A program made the translations under genes and the position numbers. 64,000 bases of DNA, from NCBI GenBank assembly GCA_963695335.1, contig OY968764.1:576001-640000 (forward strand), in the 5' to 3' direction. Shown here in pieces: positions 28,410-37,776 of this stretch. Numbering within the stretch: position 1 is the first letter of the stretch; every line of letters starts with the position of its first letter. The notes below the pieces were generated by a model, which had not been told where the DNA came from, searched no databases, and saw nothing but the letters and a program-made list of their open reading frames with translations. The DNA is from an uncultured bacterium (GTDB taxonomy: Bacteria; Babelota; Babeliae; Babelales; Vermiphilaceae).

Positions 28410-29435
28410 TTATTTTTTACTATATTTTTTCTGTTTTTTTGCTTGTTTTTCTGCATCTATTTTTTCTTGAAGACGCGCATTCTGTCTTTTTTGTATTGCA
28501 TCTTGAATGCGTTTAACATCTTTGTTTACTGTAAGTGGTGTTTGTCCCTTGTTATTAGCTATTTCAGGATTTGCTCCTGCATGTAGAAGAATAAAAATAC
28601 ATCCTGATTGAAGATGTTTGTTTTCTTTTGATAAACATGTGGCCATGAGGGCAGTGTTTCCATGATTGTCTTGCAGATCAATATGTATGTTTGGAGATTT
28701 GCAGAGCAATTGGAGCACTGCTGGATTATCGTTAGTGTATGCGCATGCTATAAGAGCTGTTTCATTGTAAGCATTTTGATAGTTTATATTCACCTTATTG
28801 GTTGCAAGTAAGGATTCAATTTTAACTGCTTTATAAGGGCTTTCATACAGTGCGCTATTAATGAGTAATGTGCTTTGATCGTCGTAGCGGGTGTGGTTTG
28901 AGTGTTGGTAGGTAAAGTTTAAATCTACGTAATTTTTATACTGATCATATAAATCTTCAAATTTTTCTACGTCAAAATCCCATTGCGCAAATAAGGTTTT
29001 AAATGTTTTTTGAATAGCAAGACGATGCTGTGCTTCTTTGGTTTGTAATGCTTGTGTTGCTATTTCATCTGAACAATGAAATCGTTGAGCAAGGTGCTTG
29101 ATCAGTTTAAAACAAAACGATGGTTTATTAATAAGTGTATTCAATTGTATATTGATTTTTGTGAGTGAATTAATCGCATCTGCTGAAGATTCTAGTGTGG
29201 ATGCGGTATTGTTTTTAGTAAGAAAGAAAAGTGTTTTTGCTTGTTCTTCTGATGGTAAATATTCAAATTTTGGATCCTGATGTAAAAAATGTTCAAGTGG
29301 TTTTGTGCCGTGCAAAAGAGCATCAGTAACAAAAGTTAACCAGCCATTGTTACCATTCTTATTTTCTGGTTCCATGCCAAAGGCAGTGGATGTAGATGTA
29401 ATGAGAAGTAGGATCAGAATACTATTTTTTTTCAT
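28410..29435 (-). CDS. Secreted F-box-like/ankyrin-repeat protein
   Basis: AFGMEPE; FEYLPSEEQ; shared INxL...LINxPxFC domain; ETALIAC, GNTALMA, GQTPL. Confidence 0.8.
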   Translation of the reverse strand: MKKNSILILLLITSTSTAFGMEPENKNGNNGWLTFVTDALLHGTKPLEHFLHQDPKFEYLPSEEQAKTLFFLTKNNTASTLESSADAINSLTKINIQLNTLINKPSFCFKLIKHLAQRFHCSDEIATQALQTKEAQHRLAIQKTFKTLFAQWDFDVEKFEDLYDQYKNYVDLNFTYQHSNHTRYDDQSTLLINSALYESPYKAVKIESLLATNKVNINYQNAYNETALIACAYTNDNPAVLQLLCKSPNIHIDLQDNHGNTALMATCLSKENKHLQSGCIFILLHAGANPEIANNKGQTPLTVNKDVKRIQDAIQKRQNARLQEKIDAEKQAKKQKKYSKK

Positions 29436-30288
29436 GTTTTTTATCTATTGCATTTTGAATAAGATTAATAATTTCTTCATTACCAACTCTTTGTGCATCT
29501 TGTAGTGCTGTGCGGCCATCATTAGCGGTAATTTCTGGATCTGCGCCGGAGTTAAGAAGAAGTTCTGTCATTAATTCACCATAACGGTTCATTGTGAAAA
29601 AGAGAGCAGTACGTCCCCGCTTATTTTGTTGATTTATTTTAATATTAGGATTGTTTAAAAGGCATTTGACTGCATTTATTGCTCGCATAAAAGTAGCAAT
29701 CATTAAAGCTGTTGTTCCATTTTTATTAGCTTTATTAATATCTGCCCCATGATCGAGAAGTGTTCGAATGAGAGGACAATTATTGTTCTGTGCTGCTATG
29801 AATAATAGGGTTATGTTCTCTTTATCGGTGAAATTTAAATCTACGTAACCTTTATATTTTTTATAGAGATCATTAAATTTTTGTTCATTAAAATTTTCTT
29901 CTTCACATAGATTGTAAAATTTTTTTTGAATTTTTAGACGTTTCTTTGCTTCTTGTGTTTGCAGCGCTTCAGCTGCTTCTTGGTCAGAGCATTTAAATTG
30001 TTGTGCGAGGTTTTTTATAAATCTAAAACAAAATTGAGGATCATTGATTAATTCATGTAATTCTGGGCTTGTTTGTGCAAGAGCATTAATCATTTTTCCG
30101 GCTTCTTGTACTGTTTTTGTTGTGCTAGTTTTTGTAAGTAAATTGATCATGTAAGCATACATTTCAAGAGGAAGTTCTGCAGATACAGATGGCTCTTCTG
30201 GTTCCATGGTGTGTGTTTTGTGGGTATTAAAAGTTGTAGAAAGCAACAACAGTGCGTAAAATAAACTTGTTTTTTTGAATGTCTTCAT
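29422..30288 (-). CDS. Secreted F-box-like/ankyrin-repeat protein
   Basis: MKTFKKTS...THTMEPE; ELPLEM; GTTALMIA, GRTALFF, GRTALQDA. Confidence 0.82.
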   Translation of the reverse strand: MKTFKKTSLFYALLLLSTTFNTHKTHTMEPEEPSVSAELPLEMYAYMINLLTKTSTTKTVQEAGKMINALAQTSPELHELINDPQFCFRFIKNLAQQFKCSDQEAAEALQTQEAKKRLKIQKKFYNLCEEENFNEQKFNDLYKKYKGYVDLNFTDKENITLLFIAAQNNNCPLIRTLLDHGADINKANKNGTTALMIATFMRAINAVKCLLNNPNIKINQQNKRGRTALFFTMNRYGELMTELLLNSGADPEITANDGRTALQDAQRVGNEEIINLIQNAIDKKHEKK

Positions 30289-30289
30289 C

Positions 30290-31357
30290 TTATTTCCCTT
30301 GTTTTTCATGTTTTTTCTCTATTGCTTCTTGAATAAAATCAATAATTCTTTGGTAACCTCCTGCCTGGGCTGCTTGTAGAGGAGTAAGTTTTTTATGGTT
30401 AGCGAGCTCAGGGTCAGCACTGGCTTCAATGAGAAATTCTACATTCTTGAAGTTGTAATTGTTGTTGCTGCTATTTTCAATGGCATATATTAAGGCAGTA
30501 TTGCCAATTTCATCTTGTTGATTGATGTTGAGCTTTGGAGAAGCAAGTAGTGCTTTAATTGCTGACATATGTGAGTTAACTACTGAGTATTCTGCTGCAA
30601 GCATCAAGGCAGTTTTTCCCTTATCGGTTGTTTGATTTATATTGCTTCCTTGTTTGAGTAATAGATTAATTACGGATGTTTGGGGATTTACTGATGCGAT
30701 CATTAATGGAGTAAGGAATTTTTCTGCGAAGTACTTACTTTGTGTGGGGTTATTATAGGTAAATTCTAAATCAAAGCCGTCTTGACATACATATTTGAGG
30801 TTATTTCGTATTGGATTGTTGGATTCGCTCTGGATTATTTGAATGAAGCGTTTTTGAATGGCGAGACGATTTTTTGCTTCTTTTGTTTGTAATATTTCTG
30901 CAGCAGTTTCATTTGAACAGTTAAATTTTTGTGAAAGAGTTTTAATGGTTTTTAGACAAAAATTAGGATCATTAATTAATGTATTTAATTCTTTATTTAC
31001 TTGGGCAAGAGCATTAATTGCTTGTGCAGCTTCTTTTAATGATGTGGCGGTTACTCCTGCAAAAAGCAATGAGGTGATTACTGCTTGTACATCTTGTGGT
31101 AATTCAGTAAAACGGAATGGTTCGATTGGTTGTTCTTGCTCTGCATGGATATACGATAAAAACTGTTGATATGCTGCATATCCACCAATAATAACGCCAC
31201 CGGCAAGTGCTACCCAACCTACTTTTTTTACATCTTCTGGTTCCATGGTGTATGTTTTATGGGTATTAAAAGCGGCAGAAAGCAGCAATAGTGTGTAAAA
31301 TAAGCCTGTTCTTCGTAGCTTTAGCGCAGTAGAACTTGTTTTTTTGAGTGTTTTCAT
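30290..31357 (-). CDS. Secreted F-box-like/ankyrin-repeat protein with 30-nt repeat in its signal peptide
   Basis: TYTMEPE; FTELPQDVQAVI; LTPLMIA, GKTALMLA, GNTALIYA. Confidence 0.82.
   Translation of the reverse strand: MKTLKKTSSTALKLRRTGLFYTLLLLSAAFNTHKTYTMEPEDVKKVGWVALAGGVIIGGYAAYQQFLSYIHAEQEQPIEPFRFTELPQDVQAVITSLLFAGVTATSLKEAAQAINALAQVNKELNTLINDPNFCLKTIKTLSQKFNCSNETAAEILQTKEAKNRLAIQKRFIQIIQSESNNPIRNNLKYVCQDGFDLEFTYNNPTQSKYFAEKFLTPLMIASVNPQTSVINLLLKQGSNINQTTDKGKTALMLAAEYSVVNSHMSAIKALLASPKLNINQQDEIGNTALIYAIENSSNNNYNFKNVEFLIEASADPELANHKKLTPLQAAQAGGYQRIIDFIQEAIEKKHEKQGK
31304..31333 (-). repeat. Family C 30-nt in-frame insertion
   Basis: tctactgcgctaaagctacgaagaacaggc (STALKLRRTG) is absent at the same site in paralog 29422..30288. 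Confidence 0.8.
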
Positions 31358-31526
31358 GGTACTTCCTTTTTTATGGATCTATTCACCCTTTAGATTATAC
31401 GATTCATTTTCATTTAGTCAATAATACAAAGAATAATCAGAGGGAGAGCTCGGTAGGATCGTTGCTGTGGGGTATCCAGATAGAAATTTTTATGGTAAGA
31501 TTATTTTAAATTACCGCTCAAGGATA

Positions 31527-31552
31527 TCCTTCGACAGGCTCAGGACGAGCGG
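31527..31552 (+). repeat. Family A repeat
   Basis: tccttcgacaggctcaggacgagcgg. Confidence 0.8.
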
Positions 31553-31614
31553 GCGGTGGCTAAATTAAGAAAAAATGGGGTAAAAGTGCCAGTTTTTGTG
31601 ATAGGAAAAAGATT

Positions 31615-33519
31615 ATGATTAATGGATATAACGTTTGTTTGGCGATGGTTACGCAGGTCATTTTTGATGATGTTTCCTTTGTTTTTGATCAAGACCAGCG
31701 TATTGGCCTGGTCGGGCGTAATGGTGCAGGCAAATCAACTTTATTAAAGGTTATTGCGGGTCAACAGCAATTGGATAAAGGTTCTGTTGCCATTCAAAAG
31801 GGTAAAACCATAGCATATCTCTCACAAGACGTGGTGCTCCAGTCAGATAAATCCATTGTGGAAGAAACATATACTGCCTTTGCTCATATCGCAGGACTCA
31901 TAGAAGAACAGCAGAAAATTGAAGAGCAGCTTGATAAGGGTGAAGCAACGGACGATCTTCTTGAGCGTTACGCAGATGTTTGTGAAAAACTGTTGGACGT
32001 AGATCAAGAAGGTATGCGTGCAGAGGCAAAAAAAGTTTTGATGGGATTAGGTTTTAAGCCAGAACAGTTGGATCAACCGGTTGCCAACTTGAGTGTTGGG
32101 TGGAAGATGCGTATTGTTTTGGCTAAATTATTGCTCCAAAAAGCTGATTTCTATCTTTTTGATGAACCTACTAACCATTTGGATATTGTTGCAAAAGAGT
32201 GGTTTTTACAATTTTTGAAACGTGCACCATTTGGTTTTGTGCTGGTGTGCCATGATCGTTATTTCTTAAACCAACTTTGTAATGTTATGTTTGAGATAGA
32301 ACGTGGTAAAGGTACATTGTACTTTGGTGATTATAATAAATATGAAACACAAAAAGCTCATAATGAAGCATTGTTAGAAATGCAATATAAAAACCAACAG
32401 CGTGAAATTAAGCAAAAAACAGAAACTATTGAGCGTTTTAAAGCTAAAGCAAGTAAGGCTGGTATGGCACAAAGTATGCTTAAAGCCTTGGATAAAATTG
32501 AGCGTATTGAATTACCTCCTAAGTCTCCTGATATTGGTTTTAGTTTTCCACCAATTCAACAAGCTGGTAGCGTTGTTTTAACGGTTGAAAATGTTGCGCA
32601 TTCATTTGGAAATAAACAGATTTTCAAAAATGTTTCATGTGAAGTTCAGCGTGGTAAAAAAGTTGCACTTGTTGCTGCAAACGGTGTGGGTAAAACAACA
32701 TTATTTAATTTGATTGCGCACAGATTACCGCTCACAACAGGAACAATTACTCCTGGTTATAACGTTCATTATGCGGTATTTGATCAAGATCAGACTGCAT
32801 CACTTATACTTGATAAAACAATTATAGAAAATATTACTGAATCATGCCCTAAAGCAACAGAACAAAAAATAAGAGCGTTTGCTGGTGCATTTTTATTTAC
32901 CAAGGATAGTATCGATAAAAAAGTTGGTGTGCTCAGTGGTGGTGAAAAAAACCGTGTTGGTATGATTAAAGTGTTGTTGCAAAATGCTAATCTTTTACTC
33001 CTTGATGAACCCACTAACCATTTGGACATTCAATCAAAAGATATTTTGTTAAAAGCATTGCAAGCGTATCAAGGTACTATTCTTTTTGTTTCGCATGATC
33101 AGGATTTTGTGAATAAACTTGCAACAGATATTATTGAATTGAGTGTTGATGGCGCAAAAGAATATCCAGGTAATTACGAATCATATCTGTACCAAAAGAA
33201 TTTAGAAACACAAAAAGCCCAGGCCGCTGAATCTTCTGCGAAAAAAGTAAATAACAACAAAAAAGAATCCTCCTACGCCAAGGCTACGGCGGACAGGTCT
33301 GAACCTGTTGCACCAAAGAAAGCGACGGTTTCAGATGTAGAAATCAAAGCACTTGAGCGTAAAATTCAAAAATTAGAGCATGATATACAAAGAACAGAGA
33401 ACAGTTTTGCTGATCTTGTTTTTGGTACACCAAAGTTTGCCGATACGCAAAAGAAGTTGAATGATCTTAAAAAAGAGTTAGAGATTGCAAATGCTGAATG
33501 GGAAGCTTATTTAAGTTAG
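31615..33519 (+). CDS. ABC-F family ATPase
   Basis: GRNGAGKST, LSVGWKMR, DEPTNHLD twice, NGVGKTT, LSGGEK; C-terminal coiled coil. Confidence 0.93.
   Translation: MINGYNVCLAMVTQVIFDDVSFVFDQDQRIGLVGRNGAGKSTLLKVIAGQQQLDKGSVAIQKGKTIAYLSQDVVLQSDKSIVEETYTAFAHIAGLIEEQQKIEEQLDKGEATDDLLERYADVCEKLLDVDQEGMRAEAKKVLMGLGFKPEQLDQPVANLSVGWKMRIVLAKLLLQKADFYLFDEPTNHLDIVAKEWFLQFLKRAPFGFVLVCHDRYFLNQLCNVMFEIERGKGTLYFGDYNKYETQKAHNEALLEMQYKNQQREIKQKTETIERFKAKASKAGMAQSMLKALDKIERIELPPKSPDIGFSFPPIQQAGSVVLTVENVAHSFGNKQIFKNVSCEVQRGKKVALVAANGVGKTTLFNLIAHRLPLTTGTITPGYNVHYAVFDQDQTASLILDKTIIENITESCPKATEQKIRAFAGAFLFTKDSIDKKVGVLSGGEKNRVGMIKVLLQNANLLLLDEPTNHLDIQSKDILLKALQAYQGTILFVSHDQDFVNKLATDIIELSVDGAKEYPGNYESYLYQKNLETQKAQAAESSAKKVNNNKKESSYAKATADRSEPVAPKKATVSDVEIKALERKIQKLEHDIQRTENSFADLVFGTPKFADTQKKLNDLKKELEIANAEWEAYLS
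33268..33297 (+). repeat. Family C 30-nt repeat in-frame in ABC-F linker
   Basis: tcctcctacgccaaggctacggcggacagg (SSYAKATADR); close match to 36248-36278. Confidence 0.8.
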
Positions 33520-34167
33520 TTAAACAACGTGTGCACGTTCTTTTTCGAGTGTTGCAAGACGAGCATATAATAAAGCTGAATGTGATTTTCTGTAAAATTC
33601 TTCATTCTTGATATCAATACCTTCTGTGGGAGTTTCTCCAGAATAATATGATGACATATAACGCTCAGGATAATAATTAAATTTGTCTTTGAGAGCATAA
33701 GCACCATTATCGACGAGTAAATGTATAAGTCGTGTATGTTTATTTTTTACTGCTATATGGAATGGTGTAAAACCTCTACATTCCTTTAGGTTTGGGTTAG
33801 CTTTATTTTGCAGTAGCATAGTGGCTGCTTCTATATGCCCTTGCTCGATCGCCTCGTGTAAGGCTGTATATTCAGTGTGGGTCATTTGAGAATTAATATC
33901 ATACTGAAGGTCAATGAAATCTTGTAACAATTGTTGATTATTACTTCTTGCGGCATCACAAAGGTATTTGGCTTCACGAGCTTTTTGCATTGCTCCTCCA
34001 AAATAGTTATGGTTCGTTCTCATGGTCATTTGAGAGCTTTTTACAGGTATGCAGTGAGATCGCCAATTTAGAGGGGCTATGCTTTTTTCAGGTTCCATGG
34101 CAATTATATGTGTTGTGAGCAATAGTAACAGTGCAGCGACACAATGTTTGTAATGAATGTTAATCAA
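33520..34167 (-). CDS. Secreted ankyrin-repeat protein
   Basis: IIAMEPE; YTALHEAIEQGH, FTPFHIAV. Confidence 0.82.
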   Translation of the reverse strand: MINIHYKHCVAALLLLLTTHIIAMEPEKSIAPLNWRSHCIPVKSSQMTMRTNHNYFGGAMQKAREAKYLCDAARSNNQQLLQDFIDLQYDINSQMTHTEYTALHEAIEQGHIEAATMLLQNKANPNLKECRGFTPFHIAVKNKHTRLIHLLVDNGAYALKDKFNYYPERYMSSYYSGETPTEGIDIKNEEFYRKSHSALLYARLATLEKERAHVV

Positions 34168-34718
34168 TGATGTTCCTTACATACTTTATTCATGTGAGCA
34201 ATTAGAAGTTCTTGATGAATTTTTGATAATCGTTTTCTTTTTGTTGTTGTATACATTTTTATGAGTACCAAGTCCATAGCGTTGTTTTTTTCATTATTCC
34301 TAATTTTTTGGGAAGCTCCACGTTCAAGGAGTAGCTCAATAAATGGAATATCTTCGTTTTCTACTGCAATATGAAGTGGTGTATCTCCATCAATATCTTG
34401 CGCATTAATGAGAGCGTTTTTATCAAGAAGAATTTTTCCTATTTTGGTATTGCCATGACCCACTGCAAAATGTAATGGAGTAAAGTTGTAAAGTGCATCT
34501 GTAGTATTAATGTTAACACCGTGTTGGATCCAGAGGTTTACTTCATGTTCATCATTGCGTATTGCAGCATTTAATAAACAGAATTCGCCCATTATAGTTT
34601 GAGACGTGAGTCTGTTGCTGTCATATTGCTGCATCTGCATAGCAGATAAAGAACTTGTTATACTGAATAATGTTAAAAAAAGAGTTTTGTGAAAAAAAGA
34701 TAGCTTGCGTGAATGCAT
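34164..34718 (-). CDS. Secreted ankyrin-repeat protein
   Basis: LSAMQM; FTPLHFAVGHGN, GDTPLHIAV. Confidence 0.85.
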   Translation of the reverse strand: MHSRKLSFFHKTLFLTLFSITSSLSAMQMQQYDSNRLTSQTIMGEFCLLNAAIRNDEHEVNLWIQHGVNINTTDALYNFTPLHFAVGHGNTKIGKILLDKNALINAQDIDGDTPLHIAVENEDIPFIELLLERGASQKIRNNEKNNAMDLVLIKMYTTTKRKRLSKIHQELLIAHMNKVCKEHH

Positions 34719-34725
34719 TGTTGAC

Positions 34726-35376
34726 CTAAAAAATATTTAATTTAACTAATTCTTTGCGCAGTTGCTTTGCATTTTTAAAATGGATTGCATGCATGCCAAC
34801 TTTTTGCGCAGCTTGTATGTTTATAAGTTTATCATCAATGAAAATAAATTGCTCAGGCTTTATATTGTTTTTTTGTGCGTGAGCATGAAAAAAATCTGGG
34901 TGTGGTTTTTTAATCATTTTTGTTGAATGTTCAAAAGGAATAGTCGCTTCTTTAAAAAGACTAAAAATTGTTGGAAATTTTTGTGTGCAATCATCAAACA
35001 CTGTTTTGCCAATATTTGATCCTAAATGATGTGTATAACCTAAGTCAGAAAGTTCCTGCATAATCGCAACTGTTTTTTTGATGGGACTATACGATGTGCA
35101 AACGTTCATAATAAGTTCAATAAGTGCATCATTGTTACTTTCTTGAGCAGCTTTAATCAATTCTTCACTTACCATTTGTTTTTTGGTGAGTTTCAGTTTT
35201 TCGCATAAAAAAATAAAAGCAATTTTAACTGTTTTTTTATCAAGTTTGCTCACCAGTTCTTCTTTACGTTTAAAACGCATACAACTGATGAACCAATTCC
35301 ACATACTTTTTTCTAAAATAACTTCATGTAGGTCCCATAGAAAGATATGTGTTTTTGGTGAAAATGGTTGATTCAT
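34726..35376 (-). CDS. HAD-superfamily hydrolase
   Basis: WDLHEV, SN, KKPHPDFF, FIDDKLINIQAAQKVGM; ATG 35376 with AGGA RBS. Confidence 0.85.
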   Translation of the reverse strand: MNQPFSPKTHIFLWDLHEVILEKSMWNWFISCMRFKRKEELVSKLDKKTVKIAFIFLCEKLKLTKKQMVSEELIKAAQESNNDALIELIMNVCTSYSPIKKTVAIMQELSDLGYTHHLGSNIGKTVFDDCTQKFPTIFSLFKEATIPFEHSTKMIKKPHPDFFHAHAQKNNIKPEQFIFIDDKLINIQAAQKVGMHAIHFKNAKQLRKELVKLNIF

Positions 35377-35390
35377 AAATATCCTTTTCC

Positions 35391-35495
35391 TGCGCTCACC
35401 CTGATGCTTCGTCAAGCTCAGCAGTAAACACCTGCCTTGAGAACTTGCCGTGCCTGCCATAGCCTTGGCGACGGCAGGTTGAAGGGTTAAGCGCT
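35391..35495 (-). repeat. Composite A/C repeat in opposite orientation to the pheT copy
   Basis: Reverse complement: gcgcttaacccttcaacctgccgtcgccaaggctatggcagg...gtttactgctgagcttgacgaagcatcagggtgagcgca. Confidence 0.8.
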
Positions 35496-35500
35496 TAAGC

Positions 35501-36199
35501 TTAATTTATTCGTAGTTGTACCGATAATGGTTTGGTTTCATCAATGGTGAGCAATGTTCCTGCAAAAGGGCGTTGATCGGTAATGACGTATTCATGGTTG
35601 ATATGTGTATGTGCAGAGTCATTGATGATATGTGGTTGTATGTTGTAATTGTTTAAAAACTCAACGACATCGTGTAGCGGTTTGCCAGTAAAATCAGGCC
35701 AAATCACTGGTTTATTATTCCCTGATGAAACATATAAAATAAGTTTGTTTTTTTCGAGTGGTTCATCTGTTTGTGGAGATTGCGCAAAGCATGTTTTTTC
35801 TGGATACGCATGCGGTACATAATAAATACGAGGATGAATTCCGGTTGTTTGCAGCTGTGTTGTTATGTTATTGAGATGAGACCCAATACATTGCGGTGCG
35901 CGGATTGCCAGTGGTTTTCTTGTTGTTACTAAAAAAAGTGGTTGATTGGCTTTGATTGCGGTTCCTGCTGATGGTGTTTGGTTGAGAATAATGCCTTCTG
36001 GCAGATCTGATTCTTCTTTTTGATCAATGAGGCGGATATTAAGTTTGTGTTGTGTAATGAGAGGAAGAACTTCATGCACTTGTTTGCCGATAAGGTGAGG
36101 TGTGATGGTTTCTGGTGTATGGAACAATTGCTGCATGATGCAGTATCCGGTGATAAAGCTGAGGAATGGAGTGAGAAAGAGGTAGTTTTTTAGGTTCAT
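35501..36199 (-). CDS. PASTA-domain protein
   Basis: N-terminal TM then TPHLIGK...GIILNQTPSAG, APQCIG...AQSP, WPDFTGK...DQRPFAG; start ATG 36199. Confidence 0.85.
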   Translation of the reverse strand: MNLKNYLFLTPFLSFITGYCIMQQLFHTPETITPHLIGKQVHEVLPLITQHKLNIRLIDQKEESDLPEGIILNQTPSAGTAIKANQPLFLVTTRKPLAIRAPQCIGSHLNNITTQLQTTGIHPRIYYVPHAYPEKTCFAQSPQTDEPLEKNKLILYVSSGNNKPVIWPDFTGKPLHDVVEFLNNYNIQPHIINDSAHTHINHEYVITDQRPFAGTLLTIDETKPLSVQLRIN

Positions 36200-36213
36200 A
36201 GAATATAATTTTT

Positions 36214-36654
36214 GAGGTATACAGTAAGCCGGATTTTGTTGCTCTTGTCCTCCTTCGCGTAAAGCTTCGGCGGACAGGCGAGCTGACAACCATTTATCTA
36301 TGCGACATACCCGCATGTTTAACCGGAATGAACAACCGACACATGCTTTTTTGTCTTGCTTCTGGTAGGGTTTGCCCGCTGTGCATATTACTATGCATAG
36401 CCGTGCGCTCTTACCGCACGTTTTCACCCTTGCCTTACCCCAATTTACACTTACGTTACGATCGGGGACCCCGTTTAAGAATTAATTCCTAAAGAGAGTG
36501 GGCGGTTATTTTCTGTGGCACTTTCCATGAGCTTGTGCTCTCTTGAGTTAAAATCTATCTAGGGGATTGATTTTTCCGCAGGTACCATGTTCATTTGAAG
36601 TCCGGACTTTCCTCACGTAAGCATAGACTTACGCGCGATTGTCTTGTATACCCC
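36214..36654 (-). ncRNA. rnpB: RNase P RNA (type A-like, apparently lacking P18)
   Basis: GAGGAAAGUCCGG, GGAAAGUGCCACAGAAA, GGGUGAAA, GGUAAGAG, GGCAAACC, AGCAAG, AGAUAAAUG, ACAAAAUCCGGCUUA in order; P1 GGUAUACA/UGUAUACC, P2 GACAAUC/GGUUGUC, P6 AUGAACA/UGUUCAU. Confidence 0.95.
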
Positions 36655-37108
36655 ATATATTTATTATCAAAGAAAAACATATTGTTATAAATAGTATAAC
36701 AGCAATCCGTAGAATTGTATAGGCGTAGGGCTGTTTGATGTGCAAAAAATAGGCTTCAATAGCGTATATTTGGATGATTGTACCCAATAATGCAAGGGTG
36801 ATAGTGTGCATACGTGAGGGGTATAAATAGTTTTTAAAGAAAAGGGCGGTTCCTGCTGTGGGGATAAGGTAAAGAAGGGGCAGCGCAAAGTTGTTATAAA
36901 AGCAGAAAAATTCAAGACATTGCAGCAGTGCTATAGCTGTTAAAGCCGCATAATTCATGGTGCAGCAGAGTAGTGAGCAATAGAGACAAAATAAGAGTGG
37001 TATAGTATGTGTACCTACTAAAAAAAATTGTCCTAAATCTATTAAAAGCAGTATCGTAATAAATGTAATAAAAAGAAGATTATATTTGGGAGTTTTAAAG
37101 TATAGCAT
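36629..37108 (-). CDS. Membrane protein, possibly MreD-like
   Basis: 159 aa, about five hydrophobic segments; last codons overlap the rnpB 5' end. Confidence 0.55.
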   Translation of the reverse strand: MLYFKTPKYNLLFITFITILLLIDLGQFFLVGTHTIPLLFCLYCSLLCCTMNYAALTAIALLQCLEFFCFYNNFALPLLYLIPTAGTALFFKNYLYPSRMHTITLALLGTIIQIYAIEAYFLHIKQPYAYTILRIAVILFITICFSLIINIWGIQDNRA

Positions 37109-37288
37109 AGTGTTACATGATACCTGTTTCTTGTGATAAAAGTTAGAAAAATGTTACATATTAGTTTTGTCTTTGTGTGCGGACAAAAGTCAAGATAAGA
37201 TGAGCATTCCCTTTGTTGACAATAGTCATAATAGTGATAGTTTTTTTACAATATTTCATCATTTTATAAAAATAAGGAGTTTATTGGG

Positions 37289-37756
37289 ATGAAGCGTATA
37301 ATGGCAATTTTTGTGCTGAGTGCTTTTTGTATAAGTAGTAATCTTGGTGCAATGAGTATATATAATGCAATGAATAATGGCGTTGTTGGTTTTGGTGAAC
37401 TGATTGAAAAATCAGATCTTCCTCTGATTGGTAAACTCACTGATATGTTACCGTTTGGAATGGTTGCAACATCTTGTAAGAAATATCCAGGTCAGACAAT
37501 GCTCCTTTGTGCTGGATTACTGTATTATATCCTTTCTCAAAATGAAACCGTAGTTACTGCATTCAATGCGTATAAAGATTCTATTTTTGCAAAATTGGGT
37601 ATCAACAGAAAATATGATGTACACTTGGATGATACCTTATTTATTTTTGATGGCGATGATGCAGAAGATGCGCAAGAACAAATGGATACAGAGGATGAAC
37701 TGTTAGCAGACGATTCTTCTGATGCTAAAAGAAATAGAAACATTAATTTTTTATAA
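37289..37756 (+). CDS. Secreted/membrane hypothetical protein with acidic tail
   Basis: AAGGAG RBS; signal peptide ...LGAMS. Confidence 0.7.
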   Translation: MKRIMAIFVLSAFCISSNLGAMSIYNAMNNGVVGFGELIEKSDLPLIGKLTDMLPFGMVATSCKKYPGQTMLLCAGLLYYILSQNETVVTAFNAYKDSIFAKLGINRKYDVHLDDTLFIFDGDDAEDAQEQMDTEDELLADDSSDAKRNRNINFL

Positions 37757-37776
37757 TGTAAGATAGCAGAGCTCAT

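Noticed and set aside
35377..35460. N-terminal extension of the HAD hydrolase as another in-frame repeat insertion
   Set aside because: The upstream ATG lies inside the repeat; ATG 35376 has a good RBS.
36200..36427. 76-aa extension of the PASTA protein
   Set aside because: Reads through the RNase P RNA gene.
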